Positions 49,958 to 61,113 of a stretch of 64,000 bases of DNA are shown one piece after another. How positions within the stretch are numbered: the stretch's first letter is position 1; each line of letters starts with the position of its first letter. The stretch is from Acidobacteriota bacterium (GTDB lineage: Bacteria > Acidobacteriota > UBA890 > WLXD01): NCBI GenBank assembly GCA_963666055.2, contig CAXWPH010000015.1, forward strand, positions 2,048,001 to 2,112,000, written 5' to 3'. The notes under the pieces are model-generated. The model did not search any database. It worked only from the letters and a program-made list of their open reading frames with translations, and was not told where the DNA came from. The position numbers and the translations under genes were made by a program.

Positions 49958-51133
49958 TCACTGTTGCGCATCAACCTCGTCCCGGAGCGGCAAGCTCACC
50001 CACCGACGCTGGCGATGCGAAAGCGTCACCGCGTTGATGATCTCCTGCACCCGGGCGCTCTGCGCGAAGTTGCCCTGGTTGACCGGGCCATCGGCGATGA
50101 TCTCGCGGCAGAAGTCGTGTACCAAGTTACCGTAGAACGCTGCGCTCCAGTCGTCTCCTTCCTGATATCCCGGCGGGAAGTAGCGACTGGGGATTTCTTG
50201 TTGCACGAACTCAACGGCGTCGGGCTTGGCGGTGTGGATGGTCTGGATGACGCCGAACTCCTCTACGAGCCGTACCTGAATGGCGCCTTCCGAGCCGAAT
50301 ATTCGCGCTTCGATACCAGGGTAGTTGCCGACCGTCACGTAGCTCGACTGCATCGAGAACAGTGCGCCGTTGGCAGCCTCGCCCATGAACATGTCGGCGT
50401 CGTCGATGTTGATGCGCTCGCGCACGCGATCGAGATTGGTTCGACGCCGCTCGGGCACCATGTTGGCCAGGATCCCCACCACCTGCGTCAGGTCGCTGTC
50501 GATGCAAGCTAGGCCGATATCGATCGTCGGTGCCCCATAGCCCTCGAGAGAAGACACCGTGATGCCCTCGCGGCTGAGGTCTGTTCCCCAATCAGGCTCG
50601 TCAACCGGTTTCGTCTTGTGGATGCGCTTGTCGATCGGGTTGTCGGGATCGAGCCACTGCGAGTTCTGCTCGTAACCGTTGAACACGAACGGGCGCCCGA
50701 TGAAGCCCTCGCGGATCAAGTCGAACATGTACATGACCGCCGGCGCGTAGCGGAACGTCAGGCCGACCTTGGTCTTCAGGCCCTTGGCCTCGGCGAGCTC
50801 GTGCGCCCGCCAGACGTCGCGATAGTCGTGGCACACAGGCTTTTCCACCAGGCAGTGCTTGCCGGCGTCGAGCGTGTCGAACACGAGCCGTTCGTGCTCG
50901 GCACGGGTCACGATGTCGACCACATCGACGTCGTCTCGCGCCAGGATCTGCCGGTAGTCGGTGTAGATGTCGGGAATGTCGAACTCCGTAGCCCGCGCCG
51001 TAGCCAGGTCGCTGTCGAGGTCGCAGATCGCCACCAGGTTGCATAGCGGCGAGCGCGCGAACCCCGGTAGGTGAGCCGACCTCGCCCAGCGACCGGCGCC
51101 GACGACGGCGACGCGTAGCATCTTGGTGGTCAC
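49958..51133 (-). CDS. Gfo/Idh/MocA oxidoreductase (divergent)
   Basis: [20 protein letters not shown]; EGYGAP where D-x-G-x-H is usual. Confidence 0.88.
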   Translation of the reverse strand: MTTKMLRVAVVGAGRWARSAHLPGFARSPLCNLVAICDLDSDLATARATEFDIPDIYTDYRQILARDDVDVVDIVTRAEHERLVFDTLDAGKHCLVEKPVCHDYRDVWRAHELAEAKGLKTKVGLTFRYAPAVMYMFDLIREGFIGRPFVFNGYEQNSQWLDPDNPIDKRIHKTKPVDEPDWGTDLSREGITVSSLEGYGAPTIDIGLACIDSDLTQVVGILANMVPERRRTNLDRVRERINIDDADMFMGEAANGALFSMQSSYVTVGNYPGIEARIFGSEGAIQVRLVEEFGVIQTIHTAKPDAVEFVQQEIPSRYFPPGYQEGDDWSAAFYGNLVHDFCREIIADGPVNQGNFAQSARVQEIINAVTLSHRQRRWVSLPLRDEVDAQQ

Positions 51134-52168
51134 GGCCTGTCTCGAGCTCCGATCTGTTCAGCGTGATGGCAGGAGACCCAGTGAGGATCGCCCCCCTGAG
51201 GTGCGCCAAGGTCGCGGTACTCCGGATCCTGCTGCGAGCAAATGTCAGTGGCGTGCGGGCAGCGAGTGTGGAATCGACAGCCGTGCGGTGGGCGCATCGG
51301 GCTCGGAACCTCGCCTTGCAGTCGTGATCGATGGCGGTTCGCCGCGGCTTCGGGATCTGGTTGTGGAATGGCCGCGATCAGCGCTTGAGTATAGGGATGC
51401 AGTGGGCGCTCGAAAACGTCGTCACGCTCGCCGAGCTCGACAATGCGGCCGAGGTACATCACCGCTATTCGATCGCTGAGATGGCGCACCATCGACAGGT
51501 CATGGGCGATGAAAAGGTAGGTGAGCCCCAGATCATCCTTCAGATCGCTCAGCAGGTTGACGATCTGCGCCTGGATCGACACGTCCAGGGCGGAGATAGG
51601 CTCGTCGGCGACGATGAACCGGGGGCTGGTAGCTAGGGCGCGGGCGATGCCGACCCGTTGCCGTTGCCCCCCCCCCCCCCCCCGAGAGCTGGTGGGGATA
51701 GCGGCCGGCGAAGCTCTCGTTGAGGCCGACGAGCTCGAGCAGCTCGCTGACGCGATCGGCACGGTTCGGCTTGCTGCCGATGTCGTGGATGTCGAGTGGC
51801 TCGGCGATGGTCTCGCCAACGCGCCAGCGTGGGTTCAGCGAGGCGAACGGATCCTGGAAGATCATCTGCATGTGCCGACGAGTGCGGCGCAGCGCATCGG
51901 GCTGCATGCCGGTGAGCTCGTGGCCTTCGAAAACGACGCGGCCGGAAGTCGGTTGGTCGAGCTGAAGCACGGTGCGGCCGGTGGTCGTCTTGCCCGATCC
52001 GCTCTCGCCCACCAGGCCGAGCGTCTCTCCCGGGAAGATGTCGAAGCTCACCCCGTCTACCGCGCGGATGGCGCCGACCTGCCGCCTTAGAAACCCGCGC
52101 CGCACCGGAAAGTGCTTCTTCAACTCGCGAACCTGGCACAACGCAATCGGCCCCCGATCCATGCTCAT
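51130..52168 (-). CDS. Oligopeptide ABC ATP-binding subunit (OppF/DppF-like), frameshifted at a G17 run in the LSGGQ signature
   Basis: [19 protein letters not shown], then [31 protein letters not shown] in another frame. Confidence 0.88.
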
Positions 52169-54153
52169 GGCTGCCGCCCGCTTGCTGTGGTCGCAGCGAC
52201 TTCGTCGGCCTGCCAGCAGGCCGACGCATGGCCTGGTGCTGCTGGCAGCAGCGGCGGGTTCTCCTGATGGCATCGCTCGACGACATAGGCGCAGCGCGGC
52301 GCGAACGGGCAGCCGACGACTGGCCGCGACGGGTCGGGCGGATGCCCGGGGATCGCCACAAGCCGCTTGCTGCGCGAGTCCAGTGCGCTTGGCATCGACC
52401 GCAGCAGCCCGAGGGTGTAGGGGTGACGCGCACGACAGAAGATCTCGCGGACCGGTGCCTGCTCGACGATGTGGCCGGCGTACATCACCGCCACCCTGTC
52501 GACCAAGCCCGCTACCACCGCCAGATCGTGGGTGATCCAGATGATCGCCATGCCGAGCTGCTGCCGGAGGTCCTGCACGAGGTCGACGATCTGCGCCTGG
52601 ATGGTGACGTCGAGGGCTGTGGTGGGCTCGTCGGCGATGAGCACGGAGGGGCTGCAGGAAAGCGCCATGGCGATCATCACCCGCTGGCGCTGTCCGCCCG
52701 ACAGCTGATGCGGGTAGTCTGAGAGCCGCTCGGCAGGATGCGGAATCCGCACCAGCTCGAGCAGCTCGATCGCCCTGGATCGGGCCGCGGCGGCAGACAG
52801 GCCTTCGTGCCAGGCGAGCGATTCGGTGATCTGACTGCCAATCGACAGCACCGGGTTCAGCGAGGTCATCGGGTCCTGGAAGATCATCGCGATCTTGCGA
52901 CCACGGACTTCGCGCCACCGCGCTTCCGACAGACCCAGCAGGTTACGGCCCTCGAGAATCACCTCGCCGTGCTCTACAGATCCCGGCGGCGGCACCAGCC
53001 CGATCAACGACAGCGCCGCGACGGTTTTACCGGATCCGCTCTCGCCGACGATCGCCAGGGCTTCGCCAGGGTCGAGGGTGAACGAGACGCCGTCGACCGC
53101 GGTGATTGGGCCGAGGTCGGTCTCGAACGCCGTCGTCAGGTCGCGCACCTCGAGCAGATGCCCTGGGGCCGTGACCGGGGTTGCGACTGATTCTGGGGCT
53201 GGGGTTGAGCCTGGGGCCGGATCGGGGGCTGGCGTGGCTGCCGCCGGTCGCGGCAAGGAGCCTCCACGCCGGCGGCCAGGTTGTCGTCGCCGCCTCCGCC
53301 AGCGTCGGTGGACGCGTTCCCCGGTCGGATCGAACGCCTCTTGCAGGCCGTCGCCGATGAAGTTGACCGACAGCACCACCGTGAGGATGGCGAGGCCCGG
53401 AAACACCGTCAGCCAGGGGCGGGTGGCCATCGTTACCTGTGCCTCCTGCAGCATGTTGCCCCACGTTGGCGTGGGCGGCTGCACGCCAAGCCCGAGGAAG
53501 CTCAGCGAGGACTCCAGGATGATGGCGTTGCCCACTGCAAGGGTGGCACCCACGACGATGGGTCCGACCGCGTTCGGCAGAATGTGACCGGTGATCAGAC
53601 GCCGGTTGCCGGCGCCGAGGCCACGTGCCGCCTCGACGTAGTCGCGCTGCTTGATCGACAGCACCTCGGCGCGCACCACCCGGGCGGTCGCCATCCAGCT
53701 CAGCAGCCCGACGATCACCGCCACGGAGATCGCGCCGGCGCGCGAATAGGCGCTCAGCACGATAAGCAGAGGCAGCGCCGGGATCGAGTAGGCAACGTCG
53801 GTAAGGCGCATGAGCACACCGTCGATGCGGCCGCCGTAGAACCCCGCCAGCGCCCCGACCAGCGATCCGATACCGGTGCCGATCAGCGCCGCCAGCACGC
53901 CGATGAGGATGGAGACGCGACCGCCGTACAGCACCCGCGTGAACAGGTCGCGTCCGAGATCGTCGGTGCCCATCCAGTGGGCGCCCGACGGTGGTTGTCG
54001 GATGCCGCTCAGATCGATGGCGTCGAACTCGTAGGCGACAATAAGCGGCGCCGCCACACAGGCGAGTGCCATGACGACGACTACTGCCAGCGCCACGACC
54101 GCCGCCGGGTGGTCTCGCATGCGCCTCCAGATGAGCCCGGTGCGCTCATTCAT
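52165..54153 (-). CDS. Fused oligopeptide ABC permease (OppC) and ATP-binding subunit (OppD)
   Basis: [27 protein letters not shown]; Arg/Pro-rich linker; [24 protein letters not shown]; single open frame. Confidence 0.88.
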   Translation of the reverse strand: MNERTGLIWRRMRDHPAAVVALAVVVVMALACVAAPLIVAYEFDAIDLSGIRQPPSGAHWMGTDDLGRDLFTRVLYGGRVSILIGVLAALIGTGIGSLVGALAGFYGGRIDGVLMRLTDVAYSIPALPLLIVLSAYSRAGAISVAVIVGLLSWMATARVVRAEVLSIKQRDYVEAARGLGAGNRRLITGHILPNAVGPIVVGATLAVGNAIILESSLSFLGLGVQPPTPTWGNMLQEAQVTMATRPWLTVFPGLAILTVVLSVNFIGDGLQEAFDPTGERVHRRWRRRRRQPGRRRGGSLPRPAAATPAPDPAPGSTPAPESVATPVTAPGHLLEVRDLTTAFETDLGPITAVDGVSFTLDPGEALAIVGESGSGKTVAALSLIGLVPPPGSVEHGEVILEGRNLLGLSEARWREVRGRKIAMIFQDPMTSLNPVLSIGSQITESLAWHEGLSAAAARSRAIELLELVRIPHPAERLSDYPHQLSGGQRQRVMIAMALSCSPSVLIADEPTTALDVTIQAQIVDLVQDLRQQLGMAIIWITHDLAVVAGLVDRVAVMYAGHIVEQAPVREIFCRARHPYTLGLLRSMPSALDSRSKRLVAIPGHPPDPSRPVVGCPFAPRCAYVVERCHQENPPLLPAAPGHASACWQADEVAATTASGRQP

Positions 54154-55099
54154 AGCGGATACGCGGATCGAGGACACCGTAGACGACGTCGGCAACCAAA
54201 TTGAAGAACACCACCATGACCGAGCCCATCAGCAGGATGCCCATCAACAACGGGTAGTCGCGGGCGAACATCGCTTGCACGAAGAGCCGACCGATTCCTG
54301 GCCAGGCAAAGATCGTCTCGGTGATTACCGCGCCCGAGAACAAGTCGGCCAGATTGAGCGCCATGATCGAGACCAGCGGGATCAGGGCGTTGCGTAGCGC
54401 ATGCACGCCGACGACGGCGCGCTCGGGAAGACCCTTGGCGCGTGCCGTGCGCACGTAGTCGCTGCGCAGCGCGCCCACCAGGCTGGCGCGTAGGTAGCGC
54501 GACCAACCTGCGATGTTCCTGAACGACAACACAGCGGCGGGGAGGATCAGGTGTTGCAGGTGATCCCACATCGACGTTGCGCCGACCGTTTCGGTGCCGG
54601 CAACCGGAAGCCAGCCCAACCTCACCGAGAAGAGCAGCTGCAGGAGGAGCGCGAACCAGAACACCGGCATGGCAACGCCGACGAACGACGCGCCGGTGGC
54701 CAGGTAATCGATCGGGGTGTGTTGCTTGACGGCGCTGAGGATACCGATGCCCACGGCGAGCATGGCGGCCAGCACGAACGAGGTTGCCATCAGCTCGAGG
54801 GTGGCTGGCAGACGCTCGCCGATCATCTCGGCAACCGGTCGGGTGGTGGAGAAGCTGACGCCGAGATCGCCGGTAAGCGCCGCCGAGAGCCACCTGAAGT
54901 ACTGCACATGGATGGGCTGGTCGACACCCAGGCGCTGCCGGTAGTTCTCGATGACCTGCGGGTCGATGAAGCGCCCGGTCTCCAGCAAGGCGCCTTCGGG
55001 CCCGCCCGGCGCCGCCTGGATGACCGCGAAGATCACCACCGAGATGCCGAGCAACAGTGGCACCATTAATAGCAGCCGGCGGCCGATGAAGGCGCTCAC
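54146..55099 (-). CDS. Oligopeptide ABC permease (OppB/DppB-like)
   Basis: GDLGVSF, RLPATLEL, DYVRTARAKGL, ETIFAWPGIG, LDPRIRY. Confidence 0.93.
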   Translation of the reverse strand: MSAFIGRRLLLMVPLLLGISVVIFAVIQAAPGGPEGALLETGRFIDPQVIENYRQRLGVDQPIHVQYFRWLSAALTGDLGVSFSTTRPVAEMIGERLPATLELMATSFVLAAMLAVGIGILSAVKQHTPIDYLATGASFVGVAMPVFWFALLLQLLFSVRLGWLPVAGTETVGATSMWDHLQHLILPAAVLSFRNIAGWSRYLRASLVGALRSDYVRTARAKGLPERAVVGVHALRNALIPLVSIMALNLADLFSGAVITETIFAWPGIGRLFVQAMFARDYPLLMGILLMGSVMVVFFNLVADVVYGVLDPRIRYE

Positions 55100-55159
55100 T
55101 GGTGTGTAGTAACCGGCGTCTCGCACGCAGGGCGTACCAGCACGCGTCCGCAGTCGCTG

Positions 55160-56791
55160 CTATTGACGCAGGTCCCACTCATAGAGGTTCCAGAAGCTGC
55201 CGAAGTTGGTACCGCTGCCGCGGAAGTTAACCACGCGTTTGCTCACTACCTCCGGGGTGACGGCGTAGTAGATCGGCAGCGTCCTGGCGCCCTCGGCCAG
55301 GAGGACCTGAACGGTATCGAGCAACGGCTTGCGAGCGGCGAAGTCGATTCTCCGGTCCGATCGTTCCATCACTGCGTCGAGCAGTGGATCGCACAGACCG
55401 GTCATGTTGTTGGCGCCGGCGCAGGCGTACAGGTTGGTTACGCCGGGGTCCGCGGAAAGGAACCATCCGGCAACGATGGCCTCCCACTCGCCGCTCCGCC
55501 ACCGTTGCGTCCAGGCAGCGCTCTCCATGGTCTCGAACGTGGCCTCGATGCCAATGGCCTTCAACTGTGCCTGGATCACCTGCGCGATGGCGATGCGCTC
55601 GCGATCGCCGGCACGGTTCAGCAAAGTGAACGAAAAGCGCACGTCGCCCTTGGATCGCACTCCGTCGGATGCGAGACGCCACCCCGCCTGGTCGAGTAGC
55701 TCGGCCGAGAGTTGCGGGTCGTACGCATGGATCGGTACTTCAGGGTTGTGGTAGGGATTGGCCGGGTTGATCGGCGTGTGAGCAACCTGCACCGTGCCCT
55801 GCATCAGCCCCTCGGCGATCGCCTGCCGATCGATAGCGTGGAAGATCGCCCGACGTACGTTCGCATCGGCAAACAGGCGCCGGCCGCGCTCGGTGTTGAC
55901 ACCCAAATCGAGGTGCATGAACCGGTTCGAGGTCACTAGGTGAGTGTCGTAGTCGGTGAGATCGGCAACCTCGCTTACCTGTGTGGGCTCGATCTGCCCG
56001 TAGTCGTAACGGCCGGTTCGCATGGCGTTCAGCCGGGCGTTGGAGTCGGGCACGAACGACCACACGATCTCGTCGATACGCGGATACTGCGGACCGCGCC
56101 AGTAGTCGTCGTTGCGCACCACCCGGATGTACTCGCCCGACTTCCACTCGGCGAACCTGAAAGGTCCGGTGCCGATTGTCTCGGTGCCGCGGTTGTAGGG
56201 AACGTAGTTGATGATCTCTCGTGTGGTCATGTTGCCGAGCACGTGTTTCGGCAAGATCGCCTCGAACAGGCCGGCGTAGAAGCCATAGGCGTCGTCCCAG
56301 CGCATCACCACGGTGTGCTCGTCGGGCATCTGGCAGTCGATGATGCCGAGGTAGTGGTCGCGGTTGTAGGTTTCAGACCCATCGCTGGTCACGAAAGCCC
56401 AGGTGAAACACACGTCGGCGCTGGTGAACTTCTCGCCGTCGTGCCAGCGGACGTTCTCTTGTAGCTCCCAGGTCATGTCGATCGTGCCGTCCTCGTTGCG
56501 CACCACCAGGCCGTTCTCCTCGGTCGGAATCTGTTTGGCCAACACCGGGACGTAGGTGTTGTTCTCGTCCGTGGTGATCAGACCCTCGACCATGCTGAGA
56601 TGGATGTCGATCAACATCTGACTGGTAAAGGCGTTGAGCACGTCGATCTCGCGGTTGTAGGCAACGCGTAGGATCTTCCGGGCTCTAGCGGCGGAATCTG
56701 CTGCGGCTCCTGGCTCGGGTTGACCGCAACCGAGGGCCAGCAAGCCGATGACGGTGCCGGCTGCGGCCCGGCGGATGCGACTACTCACCAT
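55160..56791 (-). CDS. Family 5 (OppA/DppA-type) solute-binding lipoprotein
   Basis: LALGC lipobox; VRWHDGEKFTSADV, IGTGPF, RRAIFHAIDR. Confidence 0.93.
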   Translation of the reverse strand: MVSSRIRRAAAGTVIGLLALGCGQPEPGAAADSAARARKILRVAYNREIDVLNAFTSQMLIDIHLSMVEGLITTDENNTYVPVLAKQIPTEENGLVVRNEDGTIDMTWELQENVRWHDGEKFTSADVCFTWAFVTSDGSETYNRDHYLGIIDCQMPDEHTVVMRWDDAYGFYAGLFEAILPKHVLGNMTTREIINYVPYNRGTETIGTGPFRFAEWKSGEYIRVVRNDDYWRGPQYPRIDEIVWSFVPDSNARLNAMRTGRYDYGQIEPTQVSEVADLTDYDTHLVTSNRFMHLDLGVNTERGRRLFADANVRRAIFHAIDRQAIAEGLMQGTVQVAHTPINPANPYHNPEVPIHAYDPQLSAELLDQAGWRLASDGVRSKGDVRFSFTLLNRAGDRERIAIAQVIQAQLKAIGIEATFETMESAAWTQRWRSGEWEAIVAGWFLSADPGVTNLYACAGANNMTGLCDPLLDAVMERSDRRIDFAARKPLLDTVQVLLAEGARTLPIYYAVTPEVVSKRVVNFRGSGTNFGSFWNLYEWDLRQ

Positions 56792-58466
56792 CGCCGCGTC
56801 TCGCCATCATTTCCGCCGCGATCAACGAGACCGGAATCGACCCGTACGAAAGCAGCTCGTCATGGAACTTGCGGAGGTCGAAGTCTCTTCCGTCGCGCGC
56901 CGACAGCTCCCCTCGTAGCTCGTGGATGGCGTCGTTGCCCAGCAGATATATTGCCGCCGTTCCCGGGAACATGCTGTTCTGTACGGCGCCGGCCATCGCC
57001 GCCGCGGGCGCCATCAGCGCGGCGCGCTCATAGTAGTCGGCGGCCTGCTGCAGAGAAAACTGGCCGGAGTGCAGCCTTACGTCGACGACCGCCCGCGCGC
57101 ACATCCGCATGCGCGATTGGTGCTCGGAGTATTGCTCCAGCGGCGTTAGGGCTCCTGCTTCGCTCATCAGGTCGGTGGCGTAGCAGGCCCATCCCTCGGC
57201 CATGGTGCCGCCGCAGAACATGGCGATGCGCGACGCGCAGTCGACGGCGGCGACTCTACCGATGCGCGACGCGGCGCGGAACGCGTGCCAATTCTGTACA
57301 TGGTGGCCGATGCCACCGTGATGGATCACATGGTTCAGCTTGATGACGCTGTCGTTCGTTGTCTCAAGGAAGGCGCGCTGCTGATCTGCGGGGGCACTCG
57401 TGTCGAGCGCCGGTACCAGGACCTCGTGCACTTGCGGTCGCCCGGTCACTGCCGGGGATCGATAGACCAGGAAGTACAGATGCGGTGCTGCGTGGCGCGC
57501 CCATCGTGGCTGTGGCACGAAGCGGAGAGGAAACTCCGGCCAGGTCAGCAAAGCCTGCGTCTCGCTAATCTCGCGCATCGCGTCCGAGACCTCTTGATGG
57601 CGGGTGCAGTACCGATCCGGCGGCGGATGCAATCTTCTGAGCTCCCCGAGCGCTTCAGCGCTGTTGTTGGCACCGAAGTCTCGCGCCTGCTCCGATAGCC
57701 TCGCGGCGGCCTCCGACAGCCCGTGTTCGGCAATGGTTGCGATCGTGGCGGCGCTGTCGTCGACGCAGTGGCCCTCGCGCAGGTACATGGCGAAAGCTTG
57801 CTCACCGCAGCGGTGGTGGTCCACCGGTGCGGCGAGAAGCTCGCTCTCGAGATGAGAGCGGAACTCTGCGAAGGCCGCTGCCGCGACTTCGGCTGATGCG
57901 TCGAGCCCCGGCGTGTCGAGATGTTCCTCGGCGATCAGGTGTTGTAGGCCCACGGTCAGGAACCTGTCGGCGCCGGCGCACTCTCGGATCGCACGCTCGG
58001 TCCAGGCTTGTGGTGCGCGGCGGACGTTGCCGCGACCTTGAGACAGCAGCGCCGGGACTCCTTCCATCCGTTCGATGGCCGCTGCGGCACGCTCGGCGAC
58101 GGGTGCGAAGTCGGTCAGGAACAGCGACATGATCCCGAAGATCGCCTCGCCGGTGTAAAAGCTCGGGTTGTGGCGATGGAAATAGCCTGATTGCAGCTCC
58201 CAGACCTGGGTTCGCAGGAATCCCTGAGCGAGCTGCAGGTCGATGCGCTCGGTCGCCGCCAGTGACTCGGCTGGCAGCTCCAGCGATTCCCTCAGCAGGC
58301 TCTCGGCATCGGCGAGGGCGTCGCCCGCTCCGTTGTCGGAGAAGTCGGGTAGTCGGTGGTCGCCATCGTGGACGCCGATGAAGGTTCCGTTGACCGGCCT
58401 GTGCCTGTAGTAGGAGTCGAAGAACCTGTCGCGCCACGCGATGAATGCGGCAGACTCGGCGAGCAT
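56781..58466 (-). CDS. DUF885-family protein (putative metallopeptidase fold)
   Basis: GTFIGVHDGDHRLPD, HHGGIGHHVQ, EGWACY, RAVVDVRLH, YLLG, FHDELLSYGSIP; no signal peptide. Confidence 0.85.
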   Translation of the reverse strand: MLAESAAFIAWRDRFFDSYYRHRPVNGTFIGVHDGDHRLPDFSDNGAGDALADAESLLRESLELPAESLAATERIDLQLAQGFLRTQVWELQSGYFHRHNPSFYTGEAIFGIMSLFLTDFAPVAERAAAAIERMEGVPALLSQGRGNVRRAPQAWTERAIRECAGADRFLTVGLQHLIAEEHLDTPGLDASAEVAAAAFAEFRSHLESELLAAPVDHHRCGEQAFAMYLREGHCVDDSAATIATIAEHGLSEAAARLSEQARDFGANNSAEALGELRRLHPPPDRYCTRHQEVSDAMREISETQALLTWPEFPLRFVPQPRWARHAAPHLYFLVYRSPAVTGRPQVHEVLVPALDTSAPADQQRAFLETTNDSVIKLNHVIHHGGIGHHVQNWHAFRAASRIGRVAAVDCASRIAMFCGGTMAEGWACYATDLMSEAGALTPLEQYSEHQSRMRMCARAVVDVRLHSGQFSLQQAADYYERAALMAPAAAMAGAVQNSMFPGTAAIYLLGNDAIHELRGELSARDGRDFDLRKFHDELLSYGSIPVSLIAAEMMARRGDGE

Positions 58467-58523
58467 GGCGCGGATTCAAACACATGCGACACTTCCCGGC
58501 ATGAGGAGTTTCGACTTGCGGTG

Positions 58524-59108
58524 ATGGACGCGCGCCAGTGGAACGAGTACTACGCCGCCAACAAGGCACCGTGGACGCGCCCCGACGACGACCTGGTTGC
58601 CGAGGCCGCGGAGCTGCCGCTTGGCCGGGTGCTCGACCTCGGTGCCGGGGAAGGTGCGAACAGCATCTGGCTTGCTCGTCAAGGCTGGCAGGTAACGGCG
58701 GTCGATCAGGCGCCCGCGGCGATCGTTACGCTGGTGCAGTTGGCCGCCGGCGAAGGGCTGGCCATCCGTGGCGTGGTAGCGGATGTCGCGGAGTACCGCA
58801 CTGAGGCGCATTACGACCTGGTGCTTATCTGCTATATGCACCTGCCGTCCGACACTCGGACGCGCTTGCTGACCACTGCGGCGGCGGCGCTAGCGCCCGA
58901 CGGCGTGCTGCTGCTGATCGGGATATCGCCGCCGGATGCGGCTCTTGCCGCGTCTGGCGACCTCACCATAGAGAGATACGACGTGCGGCGCCGCATGATT
59001 GGCGGGACGCGGGGTGATATCAACTCCGACGTGATGCTGATTCGTGCCCGCCGCACGGTGTCCGACGACGGCGACACCACGGCTTCCGATCGATGTGCCG
59101 AACGATGA
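58524..59108 (+). CDS. Class I SAM-dependent methyltransferase (TehB-like)
   Basis: WNEYY, VLDLGAGEGANSIWLA, ALAPDGVLL; C-terminal part looks shortened. Confidence 0.85.
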   Translation: MDARQWNEYYAANKAPWTRPDDDLVAEAAELPLGRVLDLGAGEGANSIWLARQGWQVTAVDQAPAAIVTLVQLAAGEGLAIRGVVADVAEYRTEAHYDLVLICYMHLPSDTRTRLLTTAAAALAPDGVLLLIGISPPDAALAASGDLTIERYDVRRRMIGGTRGDINSDVMLIRARRTVSDDGDTTASDRCAER

Positions 59109-59120
59109 TGGAGTGAATCG

Positions 59121-59897
59121 ATGGAGATTCTCAGCCTCGATAACCTCGTCACGCTGGCACTGCTGACGCTTCTTCAGGGCGTGCTCGGGTTCGACAATCT
59201 GCTGTACGTCGCGCTTGAATCCAAACGCGCCCCGGCGGGCCAGCGGGCCGCCGTCAGGCGTTGGGGCATCGGTATCGCCATCGTCCTCCGCATCGTGCTG
59301 CTGTTCGGCCTGACGAGCCTGATCGGCTATTTCCAGGCCCCCGTCTTCGGCCTTCACAGCACCGGCCTGGTCGAGGCCCAGTTCAACTTCCACAGCATCA
59401 TCGTGCTGTTAGGCGGGGCGTTCATCATTTACACCGCCACCAAAGAGATCTTCCACATGATCGGTGTGGACGATCTCGAGCACGAGGAGCGCGGCGCGCG
59501 CCCCCTAGGAACGGTCGTGTTGTGGATCGTGGCGATGAACCTGGTGTTCTCCTTCGACTCGATCCTCAGCGCCATGGCGCTCACCGACGTGTTCTGGGTG
59601 ATGGCGACGGCGATCGTCATCGGCGGTGTGATGATGATCTTGCTCGCCGACAGCGTGGCGGGGTTCCTGCAGCGCAACCGCATGTACGAGGTGCTCGGCC
59701 TTTTCATCCTGTTCGTCGTCGGCATCATGCTGCTGTCGGAAGGTGGGCATCTGGCCCACCTGCGCTTGCTTGGCAACGAGGTCACGCCGATGAGCAAGAC
59801 GACGTTCTACTTCGTCATCGGTGTGCTGGTGCTGACCGACGTCGTTCAGAGCCGATATCAGAAGAGGCTTCTCAGGCGGAGGGCTCACTCCACCTAG
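59121..59897 (+). CDS. TerC-family membrane protein
   Basis: VLGFDNLLY, TATKEI, NLVFSFDSILSA. Confidence 0.92.
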   Translation: MEILSLDNLVTLALLTLLQGVLGFDNLLYVALESKRAPAGQRAAVRRWGIGIAIVLRIVLLFGLTSLIGYFQAPVFGLHSTGLVEAQFNFHSIIVLLGGAFIIYTATKEIFHMIGVDDLEHEERGARPLGTVVLWIVAMNLVFSFDSILSAMALTDVFWVMATAIVIGGVMMILLADSVAGFLQRNRMYEVLGLFILFVVGIMLLSEGGHLAHLRLLGNEVTPMSKTTFYFVIGVLVLTDVVQSRYQKRLLRRRAHST

Positions 59898-60032
59898 GCC
59901 AGAAAACCAGAGGCTTTTGAGATGAGCCAGCGACCTCCGACGCGGGTCTCGACGCCACCACTACGTTGCAGCACTTCGCGCGGCATGTACGTCACATTGC
60001 TGTGACTAAAATGACGCCAGGAGGAGACTGGG

Positions 60033-60738
60033 ATGGCTCACCCTAGGATTGAACCACCTGCAGGATCTCGCGTGCTGGAGATCGGCAGCGGCCATAATCC
60101 TCATCCGCGATCGGACGTCCTCTGCGATCGGTACTTGGACGATCGAGAGCGCGCTGCTCCGCTGGTTCGCGATCGTCCGTTCGCCCAAGCGGATGGCGAG
60201 GAACTACCGTTTCGAGACGGCGCGTTTGGCTACTCGATCGCGATTCACGTCGCCGAGCACATGCGGGACATCGCTGGGTTCTTTGATGAGTTGGCGCGGG
60301 TGTCTAGTGCAGGATACGTGGAGACGCCTTCGGCGATCGGCGAGCACCTTTTCGGCTGGAGAAAACACCGCTGGCTGCTCACCGTCCACGAAGGCATCGT
60401 CTATGTGCGCCCGAAACAAGCCCACACACCGTTTGGTGGCCTGTTTCATGAGCTGATGCGGCAAGACGCTGGGTTGGCCGCCATCTACTACCGGTATCCT
60501 GACCTTTTTTTTTCGCATGCGGTGCTATTGGAACGGGAGCGTTCCGTATCGTGTGGTGACAGGCGAGCAAGAGGTGCCCGTCGATCTCGACGACCCGAGG
60601 TCGGTCGCGAGTCTATTGGCGCACAGGTCACGGCCGACTGAGTGGCTCAGGGCCTACGTCAGTCGGTCGGTGCGATCACCGGCGTGGCGATTACTGAGAG
60701 ATCTGCGCTTTCGACGTCGAGGCGCCGCGCGGCGCTAG
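60033..60738 (+). CDS. SAM-dependent methyltransferase (type 11), frameshifted at a T9 run (60505-60513)
   Basis: VLEIGSG, ADGEELPF, HVAEH, GYVETPS; continues as RMRCYWNGS in another frame; AGGAGG RBS. Confidence 0.8.
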
Positions 60739-61113
60739 CGAGCTGGCCCGGTCGTCGGCAAGGCGACCTACCTTCCGGCCATCGAGCCGGATCAGGCGGC
60801 GGCGAAGAGGGTCGTGGACATTGGCCCCGTCATCGCCTCGGCGGTCTGGGGTACCTTCAACCTGAGCGCTGCGAAGGCCAAGATCCGCAGCTGCAATCGT
60901 CGCGTCCACAGCTTCCTGTTCGAGGACAACGAGGCGAACGGCGATCTCGCCTATCTACAGGGCGTCGTTCTCAAGTGGGTACGCCACGACAGGTCGGATG
61001 CCGCCACCTATAGCATCAGCAAGTACGTGAACTTCAAGTTTATTCGGAGCGATACCGCTGATTGCCGTAGCGCATGTCCTGTCGGGCGTTTCCTCTACGG
61101 GCCCAGGCCGTAG
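60739..61113 (+). other. Possible C-terminal fragment of an unknown gene
   Basis: Open frame with coding-like codon usage from just after the preceding stop; no clear start or RBS. Confidence 0.35.

Noticed and set aside
53160-53250. G-rich tract with quadruplex potential
   Set aside because: Accounted for by Pro codons of the OppC-D linker on the minus strand
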